Under the pieces are notes generated by a model. That model did no database searches. It was not told the DNA's origin and was given only the letters and a program-made list of their open reading frames with translations. Source: an uncultured Dehalococcoidaceae bacterium (lineage in GTDB: Bacteria; Chloroflexota; Dehalococcoidia; Dehalococcoidales; RBG-16-60-22). From it: a stretch of DNA of 61,368 nucleotides. The stretch is from NCBI GenBank assembly GCA_964503235.1, contig CAZCZJ010000003.1, positions 1 to 61,368 of the forward strand, written 5' to 3'. Each line of letters opens with the position of its first letter. Position 1 is the first letter of the stretch. This document shows, piece after piece, positions 45,227-53,650 of this stretch. The translations under genes and the position numbers were made by a program.

Positions 45227-47176
45227 TCAACTTCCCTTAGATGATAGCCTCTGGCGTGAAAAGGATTTTCTTCTTCGTTGCGCCCGCTCCTGGATATTAT
45301 GAAAAGACGGCTGGCTGCCCCGGTTCTGACTCAGGTATTTCGCCATTGCCCTGATATTGGGATATTGAAATAGCTTGACGACGGGCATCTCGATTTGGAA
45401 TGTCTCCCGCACCAAGGTGATTAATTTTACGGCTAAAATAGAAGTACCACCCAGGTCAAAAAAGTTGTCCTCGATGCCGATCTCTTCAAGACCTAATACG
45501 CGGCACCACAAATCGTTCAGGACTTTCTCCTGGTTCGTGGAAGGACTAATATAGGTCTGCTCCATTTCGGGTCGTGCCCGGTCAGGTTCGGGAAGTGCCC
45601 CCCTATCTATTTTACCATTATGTGTTAAAGGTAACTCGTTTAGCGTTACAAATACGGCCGGCAACATATAATCGGGCAGTCTACCCGCCAGGAATCGGCG
45701 TAGTGACTCCACCGTGGGTTTTTGACCCGCTGGTGGCACGATATATCCGCCAAGACGCATATTCCCGAAACCATCTTGTTTAACGGTAACCGCGGCGTCC
45801 CGTACCTGCGGGTGTTGCCTGAGAACAACTTCGATTTCACCGATTTCAACCCGGTTCCCGTAGAGTTTGATCTGTCCATCGAGTCTGCCTTCAAACCGGT
45901 AGTTGCCATCGGGCATCAAGTTACCCTGGTCGCCCGTTTTGTAGATTATTTCCTGTCGGTCTATCACCAGGGGATTCTGAACAAAGGAAACTTCATTTAA
46001 TGCCGGCGCATCATAGTAGCCCTTTGTCATAAAAGGTGTCTTGATATAAATCTCTCCGGTTTCACCAACCGGGCTGAGCTTACCGTTATTGATAACCAGC
46101 GCCTCCGTATCCGGTATCGGTTTGCCAATCGGTACTATCTCGCCAGGTGCAAAATTATTATCGCTGATACGATAGAACAACTTGGCGAGAGTTGTCTCGG
46201 AAGGCCCGTAAAGATTAACAAGCTCGACACGGTTCCCGCAGACCTGCCTCCAGCAAACAACATCATTTCCGTACAATGCCTCACCGGCTATCAGAGCATA
46301 TTTCAGATCCGGCAGTGCGTCACTATCGCTGTTTGTTTCCTTAATCTCTCTTGTCAGCAGGCGAAAAACGGTCGGGACGATGTGCGTTAGTGTTATGCGG
46401 TTATCCCGCATCCAGTAAAGCAGCTTCCTTGGATTATGTCTGGTTTCTTCATCCGGGATGCACAGAGTGCCGCCGGCGAACAATGGCACGAAGATATCCC
46501 TCAGGCTCACATCGAAGGTCACCGCGGAAAGCAGACTTATCCGCACGTCCTGATTTAAATTGAATTCACCAATCTCCCAGTGGATAAAGTGGCTCAGCCC
46601 CTTCTGGGAGCCGAGAATAACTTTTGGTTCTCCGGTGGAGCCGGAAGTGGTAACAAGGTAGCAACCGTCATCCGGCCGGGAAGCGATGGGTGGATTGTCA
46701 TCCGGAAAGCTGGCATTATTTGTTATGGCGTTGCCGCCGGGTAGGTTTTTCAGATTCAGGTTGCCAGCCTCGTCAATAACCAGTAGATAACTCGGATTGA
46801 TAGGTGGTTTAAATCTCTGTAGCTTTGCCAGGATTTCATTCTCAAGAACCGTGCTGGTGATGAAGATATTCGGCTTTGTCTTACTCAGGATATTACCCAG
46901 GCGTGCATCCGGGAACTCCCTGTTCAGCGGCATGAATACGGCGCCGGCCTTGAGTGCGCCCAGTACGGCCATCACATACTCAATCGACGCATTAAAATAA
47001 AGCCCGATAATTTCCTGAGCACCTACACCATTCTTGATTAGAGCATGCGCAATCCGGTTAGCATTGGCGTTTAGCTCGCTATAAGTGACGCCGCGCGAAC
47101 CATCATCAATGGCCGTATTCGCCGGAAATCTCCCGGCGGCTCTTTCAAATAAACTGTGTATTATCCTGTTATCCAT
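45227..47176 (-). CDS. stand-alone NRPS adenylation-thiolation (A-T) didomain
   Basis: A3 LVTTSGSTGEPKV, A4 FDVSL, A5 NLYGPSETT, A7 YKTGDQG, A8 GRLDGQIKLYGNRVEIGEIE, A10 NGKIDR. T domain FFDLGGTSILAVKL. There is no C, E or TE domain. The stop lies 3 nt before the PKS start. Confidence 0.9.
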   Translation of the reverse strand: MDNRIIHSLFERAAGRFPANTAIDDGSRGVTYSELNANANRIAHALIKNGVGAQEIIGLYFNASIEYVMAVLGALKAGAVFMPLNREFPDARLGNILSKTKPNIFITSTVLENEILAKLQRFKPPINPSYLLVIDEAGNLNLKNLPGGNAITNNASFPDDNPPIASRPDDGCYLVTTSGSTGEPKVILGSQKGLSHFIHWEIGEFNLNQDVRISLLSAVTFDVSLRDIFVPLFAGGTLCIPDEETRHNPRKLLYWMRDNRITLTHIVPTVFRLLTREIKETNSDSDALPDLKYALIAGEALYGNDVVCWRQVCGNRVELVNLYGPSETTLAKLFYRISDNNFAPGEIVPIGKPIPDTEALVINNGKLSPVGETGEIYIKTPFMTKGYYDAPALNEVSFVQNPLVIDRQEIIYKTGDQGNLMPDGNYRFEGRLDGQIKLYGNRVEIGEIEVVLRQHPQVRDAAVTVKQDGFGNMRLGGYIVPPAGQKPTVESLRRFLAGRLPDYMLPAVFVTLNELPLTHNGKIDRGALPEPDRARPEMEQTYISPSTNQEKVLNDLWCRVLGLEEIGIEDNFFDLGGTSILAVKLITLVRETFQIEMPVVKLFQYPNIRAMAKYLSQNRGSQPSFHNIQERAQRRRKSFSRQRLSSKGS

Positions 47177-47189
47177 TTTTATCCTGAAA

Positions 47190-48533
47190 TCACATAAAAT
47201 CCGTTTTTACTTTCGAGATTACATAGTGCCGCTTACCCGCCTCGGTGGGTTCGATATTATCTACCTGTATTACGGATATGTTCATCATACCGCCGAAAGA
47301 TGGCTGCAATTCATTACGGATATCTTCTAACAGAGCCGGAGCAACTCTTTGCCGACATAATAGACGTACCTCTAAATGTTCTCTATCTGGTTGATAAATC
47401 TGGAATTGCTGTACCCCATATTGATATTTGGATATAATTATATCATCGACGATTACTGAGTGAACAATCTGGCCGTCAGGTCTTACAAGAAGATCATTAT
47501 TCCGTCCGACTATCTCTTGGAGGACAGGCATACCCCGCCCGCAGGAACAGCCCCCGGTTTCATAAATCCCCACGTCGCCGTTTTTATATCTGATAAATGG
47601 CATGGCGTACTGGTTCAAGGCCGTGACGACCACCTCTCCCATCTTTCCATCATCGACGACCTGCCCACTTTCTACCAGTTCAAGGTAGCGCTCTTCGTTC
47701 ACGTGGAGACCTCCTTGGGGACACTGGTAAGCATAACTGAATATCTCCAGGGAGCTGTAATGGTCGGCCACCGGTGCGTGAAAAATCTCCTCGAAAAGAC
47801 CCCGCATTGAAGGCGTTATTTTCTCAGCCGTGGTTTCTATGAGCCTGGGTTTAATAGACGTGATATGGCGCTCTTTAAGATAATGAGCGAATACGGATAG
47901 TGCCTGCGGATAGACTCTGATTATTTCTGGTTGCCACCTGATAAGCATTTCGGTAAACGCTTGCATTTTGTTTTCGGTCATCGTCCGGGCATTCAAGTAC
48001 CGGTATCGCTTGATTTTGGCAGCCAGGCGGTCTTTCCATTTCCACTCCGGATAATCCTGTAAGGAGCCTGTAATCCAGGCCATCTTATTTCCCCGTCTTA
48101 CCCCGTACCAGCCGCGGCACCGGGCTTCAACGGCATAGCTCCAGTACGCCGCGGAGCTATCCATGATGAACCGCATCGGTTCTCCGGTAGAACCGGATGT
48201 TTTCCCCTCGAAGACACCTCCTCGATAAACGGTTGAAACGAGGTCTCCACGATGGTTTTTCACATCAGTCCTGGTTAGGAAGGGGAGAGCCTGAAAGTCT
48301 TTCAAGCTTTTAATGTCCTGCGGGTGAATACCTTCACGCTGGTAGCGCTGACGGTAAAACGGCACGTATTCATAGGCGTAGCTCACCAGCCGCTGGATTT
48401 TCTTTAATTGTACCTCTTCCAACTCGCCCCTTGTAAGCCATTGGGAACTTTCCAGCTCCTTCAGACAACGCCGGATTTCCTGGTGCCCCGGTAACAGGTA
48501 CTTCCTTAAAAACTGGTAAACACTCGAATACAT
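47190..48533 (-). CDS. CapK/PaaK-like adenylate-forming ligase (phenylacetate-CoA ligase family), copy 1
   Basis: 447 aa. Canonical AMP motif GKTSGSTGEPMRF, plus the family features YRQRYQREGIHP..LPFLTR and C-x-CGRG. Confidence 0.8.
   Translation of the reverse strand: MYSSVYQFLRKYLLPGHQEIRRCLKELESSQWLTRGELEEVQLKKIQRLVSYAYEYVPFYRQRYQREGIHPQDIKSLKDFQALPFLTRTDVKNHRGDLVSTVYRGGVFEGKTSGSTGEPMRFIMDSSAAYWSYAVEARCRGWYGVRRGNKMAWITGSLQDYPEWKWKDRLAAKIKRYRYLNARTMTENKMQAFTEMLIRWQPEIIRVYPQALSVFAHYLKERHITSIKPRLIETTAEKITPSMRGLFEEIFHAPVADHYSSLEIFSYAYQCPQGGLHVNEERYLELVESGQVVDDGKMGEVVVTALNQYAMPFIRYKNGDVGIYETGGCSCGRGMPVLQEIVGRNNDLLVRPDGQIVHSVIVDDIIISKYQYGVQQFQIYQPDREHLEVRLLCRQRVAPALLEDIRNELQPSFGGMMNISVIQVDNIEPTEAGKRHYVISKVKTDFM
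48273..48403. repeat. 131-nt patch ~95% identical to 49690-49820, inside paralog 1
   Basis: Hand alignment shows 7 mismatches in 131 nt, including a 48-nt perfect run (CTGAAAGTCTTTCAAGCTTTTAATGTCCTGCGGGTGAATACCTTCACG). Confidence 0.85.
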
Positions 48534-48609
48534 AATCCCTATTTACGTGTCGTCTATTTCACGTGCCTTATTCTCTTTGCCTGATATTCTATAGGTACAG
48601 CAAGTGTAA

Positions 48610-49950
48610 CTAATAGCCATCCGGCTTAACTTCCGAAATAATGAATCGATGCTTGCCCGCTGCTGTCAATTCAATGTGGTCTACCATCTTTACAGATATT
48701 TGCATTTTCTTACCGAAATATGGCTGTAATTCATTCCTGATATTTGTTTCCAGCTTGATTGCATTTGGTTTCTGCTTGCATAACAATCGAACCTCGAGGT
48801 GTTGCTGATCTGGTTGATAAATCTGGTATCGGTATACTTCCGGTATTTTCTCTACGACGTCATCAACACTGGTCCAATGAATAACCTTTCCATCAGGGTT
48901 CACAAGTAAATCGCAGTCTCGTCCTACCACCTCACGGAGAACCGGCATACCCCGACCGCACCTACAGTCCGTGGGATCGATAATCCCCACATCATTGTTC
49001 TTATACCTGATAAAGGGCATAGCATACTGGTTTAATGGTGTGACAACAATATCTCCCATCTGGCCGGGAGGGACAACTTGGCCGCCGGATACCAGTTCGA
49101 GATAGCGGTTTTCTATTACATGTAGGCTCCCCTCAGGACACTGATAAGCAATAATGCCTGATTCCCAAGAACCATAACCGTCGGCTATCGTTGCTTGAAA
49201 AACGTGCTCGAATAACTGCCGTTGGTGATGTGTCATTTTCTCAGCACAGACCTCGATTAGCTTAGGTCTGATAGACGGCAATTTATGTTCCTTAAGATAT
49301 CTGGCGAAAATGTAGAGAGCTGTCGGATATGCCCTAAACATATCCGGCTTCCATCTTGATAACATCTCGGCGAAGTCCCGCATTTTCAAATCGTCCATTG
49401 TACGGCTGTTTAAATACCGTCGTCGACGTATTTGAGCACGGAGACGTGAACGCCAGTTCCAGCTCGGAAAATCTTTTTGATTGCCCCAGACCCAAGCTAT
49501 CTTGTCCCCCGGTGTGATCCCATACCAGCCGCGGCACCGGGTTTCAACCGCAGAGCATTCCATTAATGAAGACTTGTCCATTATAAAACGCATCGGATGC
49601 CCGATGGAACCACCAGTAGTATACTCGTAAGTACTGCCTTGATATACCGAAGATACAAGTAATTTCAGGTTATTATTCACATCATCCCGGGTTAGGAAGG
49701 GGAGAGACTGAAAGTCTTTCAAGCTTTTAATGTCCTGCGGGTGAATACCTTCACGTTGATAGCGCTGCCGGTAAAACGGCACGTTTTCATAAGCATAGCT
49801 CACCAGCCGCTGGATTTTCTCGAGCTGTATTTCTTCCAATTCGTATCTTGTCAGCCACTCTGTTTTTTCCAACTCCTCCATGCAGCGCCGGATTTCCTTA
49901 TGCCCCGGTAGCAGGTACTTCTTTGATAACTCGTAAAGATAGGAATACAT
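48610..49950 (-). CDS. CapK/PaaK-like adenylate-forming ligase, copy 2 (divergent AMP motif)
   Basis: 446 aa, collinear with copy 1. The N-terminal ~95 aa are nearly identical. The AMP/P-loop motif reads TTGGSIGHPMRF rather than TSGSTGEPMRF. Confidence 0.8.
   Translation of the reverse strand: MYSYLYELSKKYLLPGHKEIRRCMEELEKTEWLTRYELEEIQLEKIQRLVSYAYENVPFYRQRYQREGIHPQDIKSLKDFQSLPFLTRDDVNNNLKLLVSSVYQGSTYEYTTGGSIGHPMRFIMDKSSLMECSAVETRCRGWYGITPGDKIAWVWGNQKDFPSWNWRSRLRAQIRRRRYLNSRTMDDLKMRDFAEMLSRWKPDMFRAYPTALYIFARYLKEHKLPSIRPKLIEVCAEKMTHHQRQLFEHVFQATIADGYGSWESGIIAYQCPEGSLHVIENRYLELVSGGQVVPPGQMGDIVVTPLNQYAMPFIRYKNNDVGIIDPTDCRCGRGMPVLREVVGRDCDLLVNPDGKVIHWTSVDDVVEKIPEVYRYQIYQPDQQHLEVRLLCKQKPNAIKLETNIRNELQPYFGKKMQISVKMVDHIELTAAGKHRFIISEVKPDGY
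49690..49820. repeat. 131-nt patch ~95% identical to 48273-48403, inside paralog 2
   Basis: See 48273-48403. Confidence 0.85.
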
Positions 49951-49993
49951 ATTACCTTCTCTCCTGGCTATAGTATTTAACGATTAAGTTTAA

Positions 49994-50809
49994 TTATTGA
50001 AGAAAATAGTACCGGTTATAATACCCCGCTCTCCGCCACGGGTCAATAAATAATCTAATAAACCATCTCTGCCTTAGCAATATGAAATTCATTTTCGCTA
50101 ATATGGATAGACTGAGGGAAAGAAGGCCCCTTGAGAGGCTGTTCTTTTGTAACAAGGATGGAAGTTTATCGTACAGGTTATAAAGTAAGGAGGGAAACAT
50201 ACTATAGTTATTATAAATCAGCTTAAATCCGCTGGTCTGTAGTAATTTGCTATATTCATCGTCGGTACGGAAAACGCACGGATTGCTACTATCTCCATAC
50301 CTTCGCTGCTTCAATGCGACTGAATCTCTCGTTATCAATAACCCATCTTTGTTTAAATGATGCCTTAATTGTTTTAGCAGATCTGAAACCGAATCATCAT
50401 CCATATACATCAGGCAACCACCGATATGGATTATATCAAAGTTTCGATTTTCTAAATAAGAATAGTCGGTTATATCTTGACACAAGAACGTTACGTTGCT
50501 AATCCCTTTATCACTGGCAAACTTATTTGCATACTTTATGAATGTCGGCGAAAAATCAATAGCGACAACGCTTTTACATTTTTTCGCGAAATCTATTGCA
50601 TAACTTCCGATATTGCACCCCAGGTCCAGAACAGACATAGATTGATCAAACTTTACCAGACGGAATAAGTGTGCTATCTGCATCTTGTAACGGTAGTTTA
50701 AGCGTACTTGGTCGTCGGACATGGTAGTGCCTATTGCATAATAATTGGAATGGATGTTCTTTGCCTTCTTTTCCCAGAATTGCTGCATATCATTACAACT
50801 AGGTTCCAA
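49994..50809 (-). CDS. class I SAM-dependent methyltransferase
   Basis: Motif I VLDLGCNIGSY, and post-I VVAIDFS. Confidence 0.8.
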   Translation of the reverse strand: MEPSCNDMQQFWEKKAKNIHSNYYAIGTTMSDDQVRLNYRYKMQIAHLFRLVKFDQSMSVLDLGCNIGSYAIDFAKKCKSVVAIDFSPTFIKYANKFASDKGISNVTFLCQDITDYSYLENRNFDIIHIGGCLMYMDDDSVSDLLKQLRHHLNKDGLLITRDSVALKQRRYGDSSNPCVFRTDDEYSKLLQTSGFKLIYNNYSMFPSLLYNLYDKLPSLLQKNSLSRGLLSLSLSILAKMNFILLRQRWFIRLFIDPWRRAGYYNRYYFLQ

Positions 50810-50877
50810 TTTAGCCTCTCCAACAACATCTGCTACAACGTAATTAAAAAAGAATCTGATATTTTATATATTTTGAA

Positions 50878-51624
50878 TTAAGGTTCCCATTCGAAATATA
50901 CGGGTTCAAAATATTGTCCTTCTTTAACAAACGCAGCTTGGTATCCCTCATTGACGTTCAAATCGCAAATTGACCACCGGGCGGCAGCTTCTGAATCTCC
51001 TTCAATACTTACCAATCTAGCCGGCTCATCCCGCGCCAGCGATACATCGAATTTATCCAGCGGGTAAGACAGGCCGTCTCCGGTAGCTTTAATAAAGGCC
51101 TCCTTGCGCGTCCAGCAGTTGAAAAACGCCTGCCTCTTCCCACTCTCAGGCAGTATGCGGAAAACCTCGTTCTCTCCCGGAGAGAAGAAACTCATAGCGA
51201 TTTGATCCATCTCAGGCATGTCTCGTATCCGCTCGATGTCAATACCTATTTCACGGTTCCTGATAAAAGCGTATATTGCCAGCCCCTCCGAGTGGGATAA
51301 ATTAAAATGAATCTTTTTCCGGTTAAAATCATCGGCGAGTGCCGGCTTGTCATTCTTCCCATAAGAAAATAGCACTCTTTCTGGTTCAACCCCAAGATAA
51401 CAACCCAGTAGTATTCTCAATATCCCCCGTCGTACGATAAACCGGTTTCTCTCCTTTTCAAAATGAAATCGCCCGGCCCTTTTTCTCTCACCGGCAACCA
51501 GCAGACTGTGATACGGCGATATCGTTCTATCCAGAAAAGCACTCCAGATATGGACTTCGTCTCTGGCTAATTCAAGGTCTGTCGATTTGACTATATTTAA
51601 TTGACGGTTCATCTTTATATCCAC
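50878..51624 (-). CDS. Sfp-type 4'-phosphopantetheinyl transferase
   Basis: FNLSHSEGLAIYAF, IGIDIERI, WTRKEAFIKATG. Confidence 0.85.
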   Translation of the reverse strand: MDIKMNRQLNIVKSTDLELARDEVHIWSAFLDRTISPYHSLLVAGERKRAGRFHFEKERNRFIVRRGILRILLGCYLGVEPERVLFSYGKNDKPALADDFNRKKIHFNLSHSEGLAIYAFIRNREIGIDIERIRDMPEMDQIAMSFFSPGENEVFRILPESGKRQAFFNCWTRKEAFIKATGDGLSYPLDKFDVSLARDEPARLVSIEGDSEAAARWSICDLNVNEGYQAAFVKEGQYFEPVYFEWEP

Positions 51625-51795
51625 TGAAGGGGAAATCCCAACACCTTTAGCATAAAATCATAAGGTTAGAAAAAAGTTAGGTTTGGGTTATAAGACGGAT
51701 AAAATGTAGATGAAGTGAGCCATGGGGCTTGAATCCATTCTCGCCATTCAAATACAAATTCATAGAAATATTCTTGTTAAAATGATTTATGTCAA

Positions 51796-52818
51796 TCATA
51801 CATCTAAAATAACCTTTATTCTTCGAAGAAGGTGATAACTCCCTGAGACGCTGGCCTTAAAGAACAAAATATTCTCACCTACTGCTATCCGCTTAAGTTT
51901 ATATAGAAATGAATTTTCATCGTTGAAGCCCTTTTCAACCGTAACCGCCGATTCGTAACCATAGCTCTTCACCTTAGAAATTACCCTGTCATTGTACGAA
52001 CCAGCCGGGTAGCAAAAATGATCTACCTTACGTCCAATGTTTCTCTCGATATCAAGTTTCGAGTTATATACTTCATCTTCCAGTTCCTTATCTGTGACAA
52101 GATTAGTACAGTTAGGATGCCTTCTGGTATGGCTGCCAATTTCAAGAATGTTGGGATCTAATCCCTTGATTTGCTCCCAATCGGCCATAATAAATTCTTT
52201 GGGAATATTAATTAAATTGTAATTGCCGAATTGCTTAAGATGTTCCAGCCTTTCTTTATCCGGGAGTGTACGCAGTTTCGCTTTAATGTCCTTCATTGCA
52301 TGCCCAATTGATATCCTATCACCCAGTATGTAATTGATTACTTCTCCTTTGAAGATAAACTTAAAATCCTTAGTGTTTTGATTTCTAATCACCGTTTCTA
52401 CAAAATCCGTCCACAATAGCTCATTTGTCCCGACTAAATCAGATACCAGATAGATACAGCCCTTGGCACCATAATCTTTCATTATTGGATAGGCATTTTC
52501 TACAACATTTCTAAACCCGTCATCGAAAGTGAGAACCACAAATTTATCCAGTCTGTTTTTATTTTTTATGGCATCTAATAAGTCTGTCATACTCACGAAG
52601 ATATATCCCTGGTTCTTGAGATACTCTAAATGTTTTCTGAAAAGCGACTTAGGAATGTGTCTCTCGTCGAAACCTCTCAGTAGGTCAAAGGTATCGTCAC
52701 ATATGCCGTGATACAAGAGAATAATCACCTTGTGTCGGTTTAATGTCCGGCATAGGGCATTTATCCCCAAGATGTCCAACGCCAATAGTAGCAATATACG
52801 CAAATACAGCCTAATCAT
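51796..52818 (-). CDS. polysaccharide deacetylase (NodB/CE4)
   Basis: N-terminal TM, VVLTFDDGFRNV, GCIYLV, HTRRHPN. Confidence 0.85.
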   Translation of the reverse strand: MIRLYLRILLLLALDILGINALCRTLNRHKVIILLYHGICDDTFDLLRGFDERHIPKSLFRKHLEYLKNQGYIFVSMTDLLDAIKNKNRLDKFVVLTFDDGFRNVVENAYPIMKDYGAKGCIYLVSDLVGTNELLWTDFVETVIRNQNTKDFKFIFKGEVINYILGDRISIGHAMKDIKAKLRTLPDKERLEHLKQFGNYNLINIPKEFIMADWEQIKGLDPNILEIGSHTRRHPNCTNLVTDKELEDEVYNSKLDIERNIGRKVDHFCYPAGSYNDRVISKVKSYGYESAVTVEKGFNDENSFLYKLKRIAVGENILFFKASVSGSYHLLRRIKVILDV

Positions 52819-52912
52819 CCCTATTTATATCTCGATCATGCTTATATATATGACCCTACCCCATTTTTTTTGATCCTCACCCAAAAACTGTAGCGGCATT
52901 GGTGAGAGAATT

Positions 52913-53101
52913 TCAGTTTTCTTGACTCTGCCCAGCATATTGCTTGGGCATCAGATTGTCAAGCAAGCCATGCGGTCTCTACTCATTGTAGTCACACCAC
53001 CAAGATTCGAATTTCTCCCTGGCATCCTCCATGCACAAAAACCAGTTTGCGTTCAAATACTCGTTCCGGAAGCTACCATCAAACGATTCGATCTCTATTC
53101 C
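52913..53101 (-). mobile_element. remnant of an IS3-family transposase (C-terminal end of OrfB/rve), disrupted
   Basis: Hand translation of the minus strand gives GIEIESFDGSFRNEYLNANWFLCMEDAREKFESWWCDYNE*RPHGLLDNLMPKQYAGQSQEN*. This is the classic IESFNG..R.E.LN...F.....A....E.W..DYN..RPH..L pattern with an in-frame TAG, and the frame is closed upstream. Confidence 0.7.
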
Positions 53102-53383
53102 CGTGCTCCCGGAGCGGACTCAGGCTCGAAACATCTTGATGATTGGGGCCATAGTAGGGGGAGTTGTTACCTTGGCATTATTGAACTAAAGATGGCTCAT
53201 AAGGGCAGTTATTTCAGCTAACCCTAATGAAGGTGAAAATAACAAGCCTGAAGATTGATAATTATAATTTGCATCTCATTTTGTATCAAGTTAGGATAGT
53301 ACTGGTCGATGCTCTATTTTGAAAGAGAAATAAGTTGGAATCAGCATCCAGCAAGATTTGAAGGTCCATTGAAAGCGAATGAT

Positions 53384-53423
53384 TTCTAACCTGATTCTTA
53401 CTTTTATCTTACTGGGTAATAAC
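53384..53423 (+). promoter_or_regulatory. phased direct-repeat array beginning with TTCTAACC
   Basis: TTCTAACC at 53384, with CTAAC 53386, CTTAC 53397, CTTAC 53408 and ATAAC 53419 at exact 11-nt steps. It lies upstream of the plus-strand GT/Wzy/Wzx block. Confidence 0.45.
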
Positions 53424-53650
53424 CTCCGGATGAAAAAATTACAATAATGGCGATGGAAGGCATAGCCATCTATGAAAAACTTTAGTGCTTTCTACAGTCC
53501 CACCTGAACAGGGCAAGGCTAGGAATACGTTGCCACCGGGTGCTATAACCAGTATATTCCTCGCCGGGGGTATATTGAATTATAATATGGACTGTTTAAA
53601 GCGATGTCTTCATCCAGCACCGCTAAACCCGAGGGAGATGATAAAGAGAA

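Noticed and set aside
52922-53221. The 99-aa plus-strand ORF in the track.
   Set aside because: It is the antisense shadow of the IS3 transposase remnant. The minus-strand frame gives the recognisable IESF.G.FR.E.LN..WF...DYN..RPH pattern.
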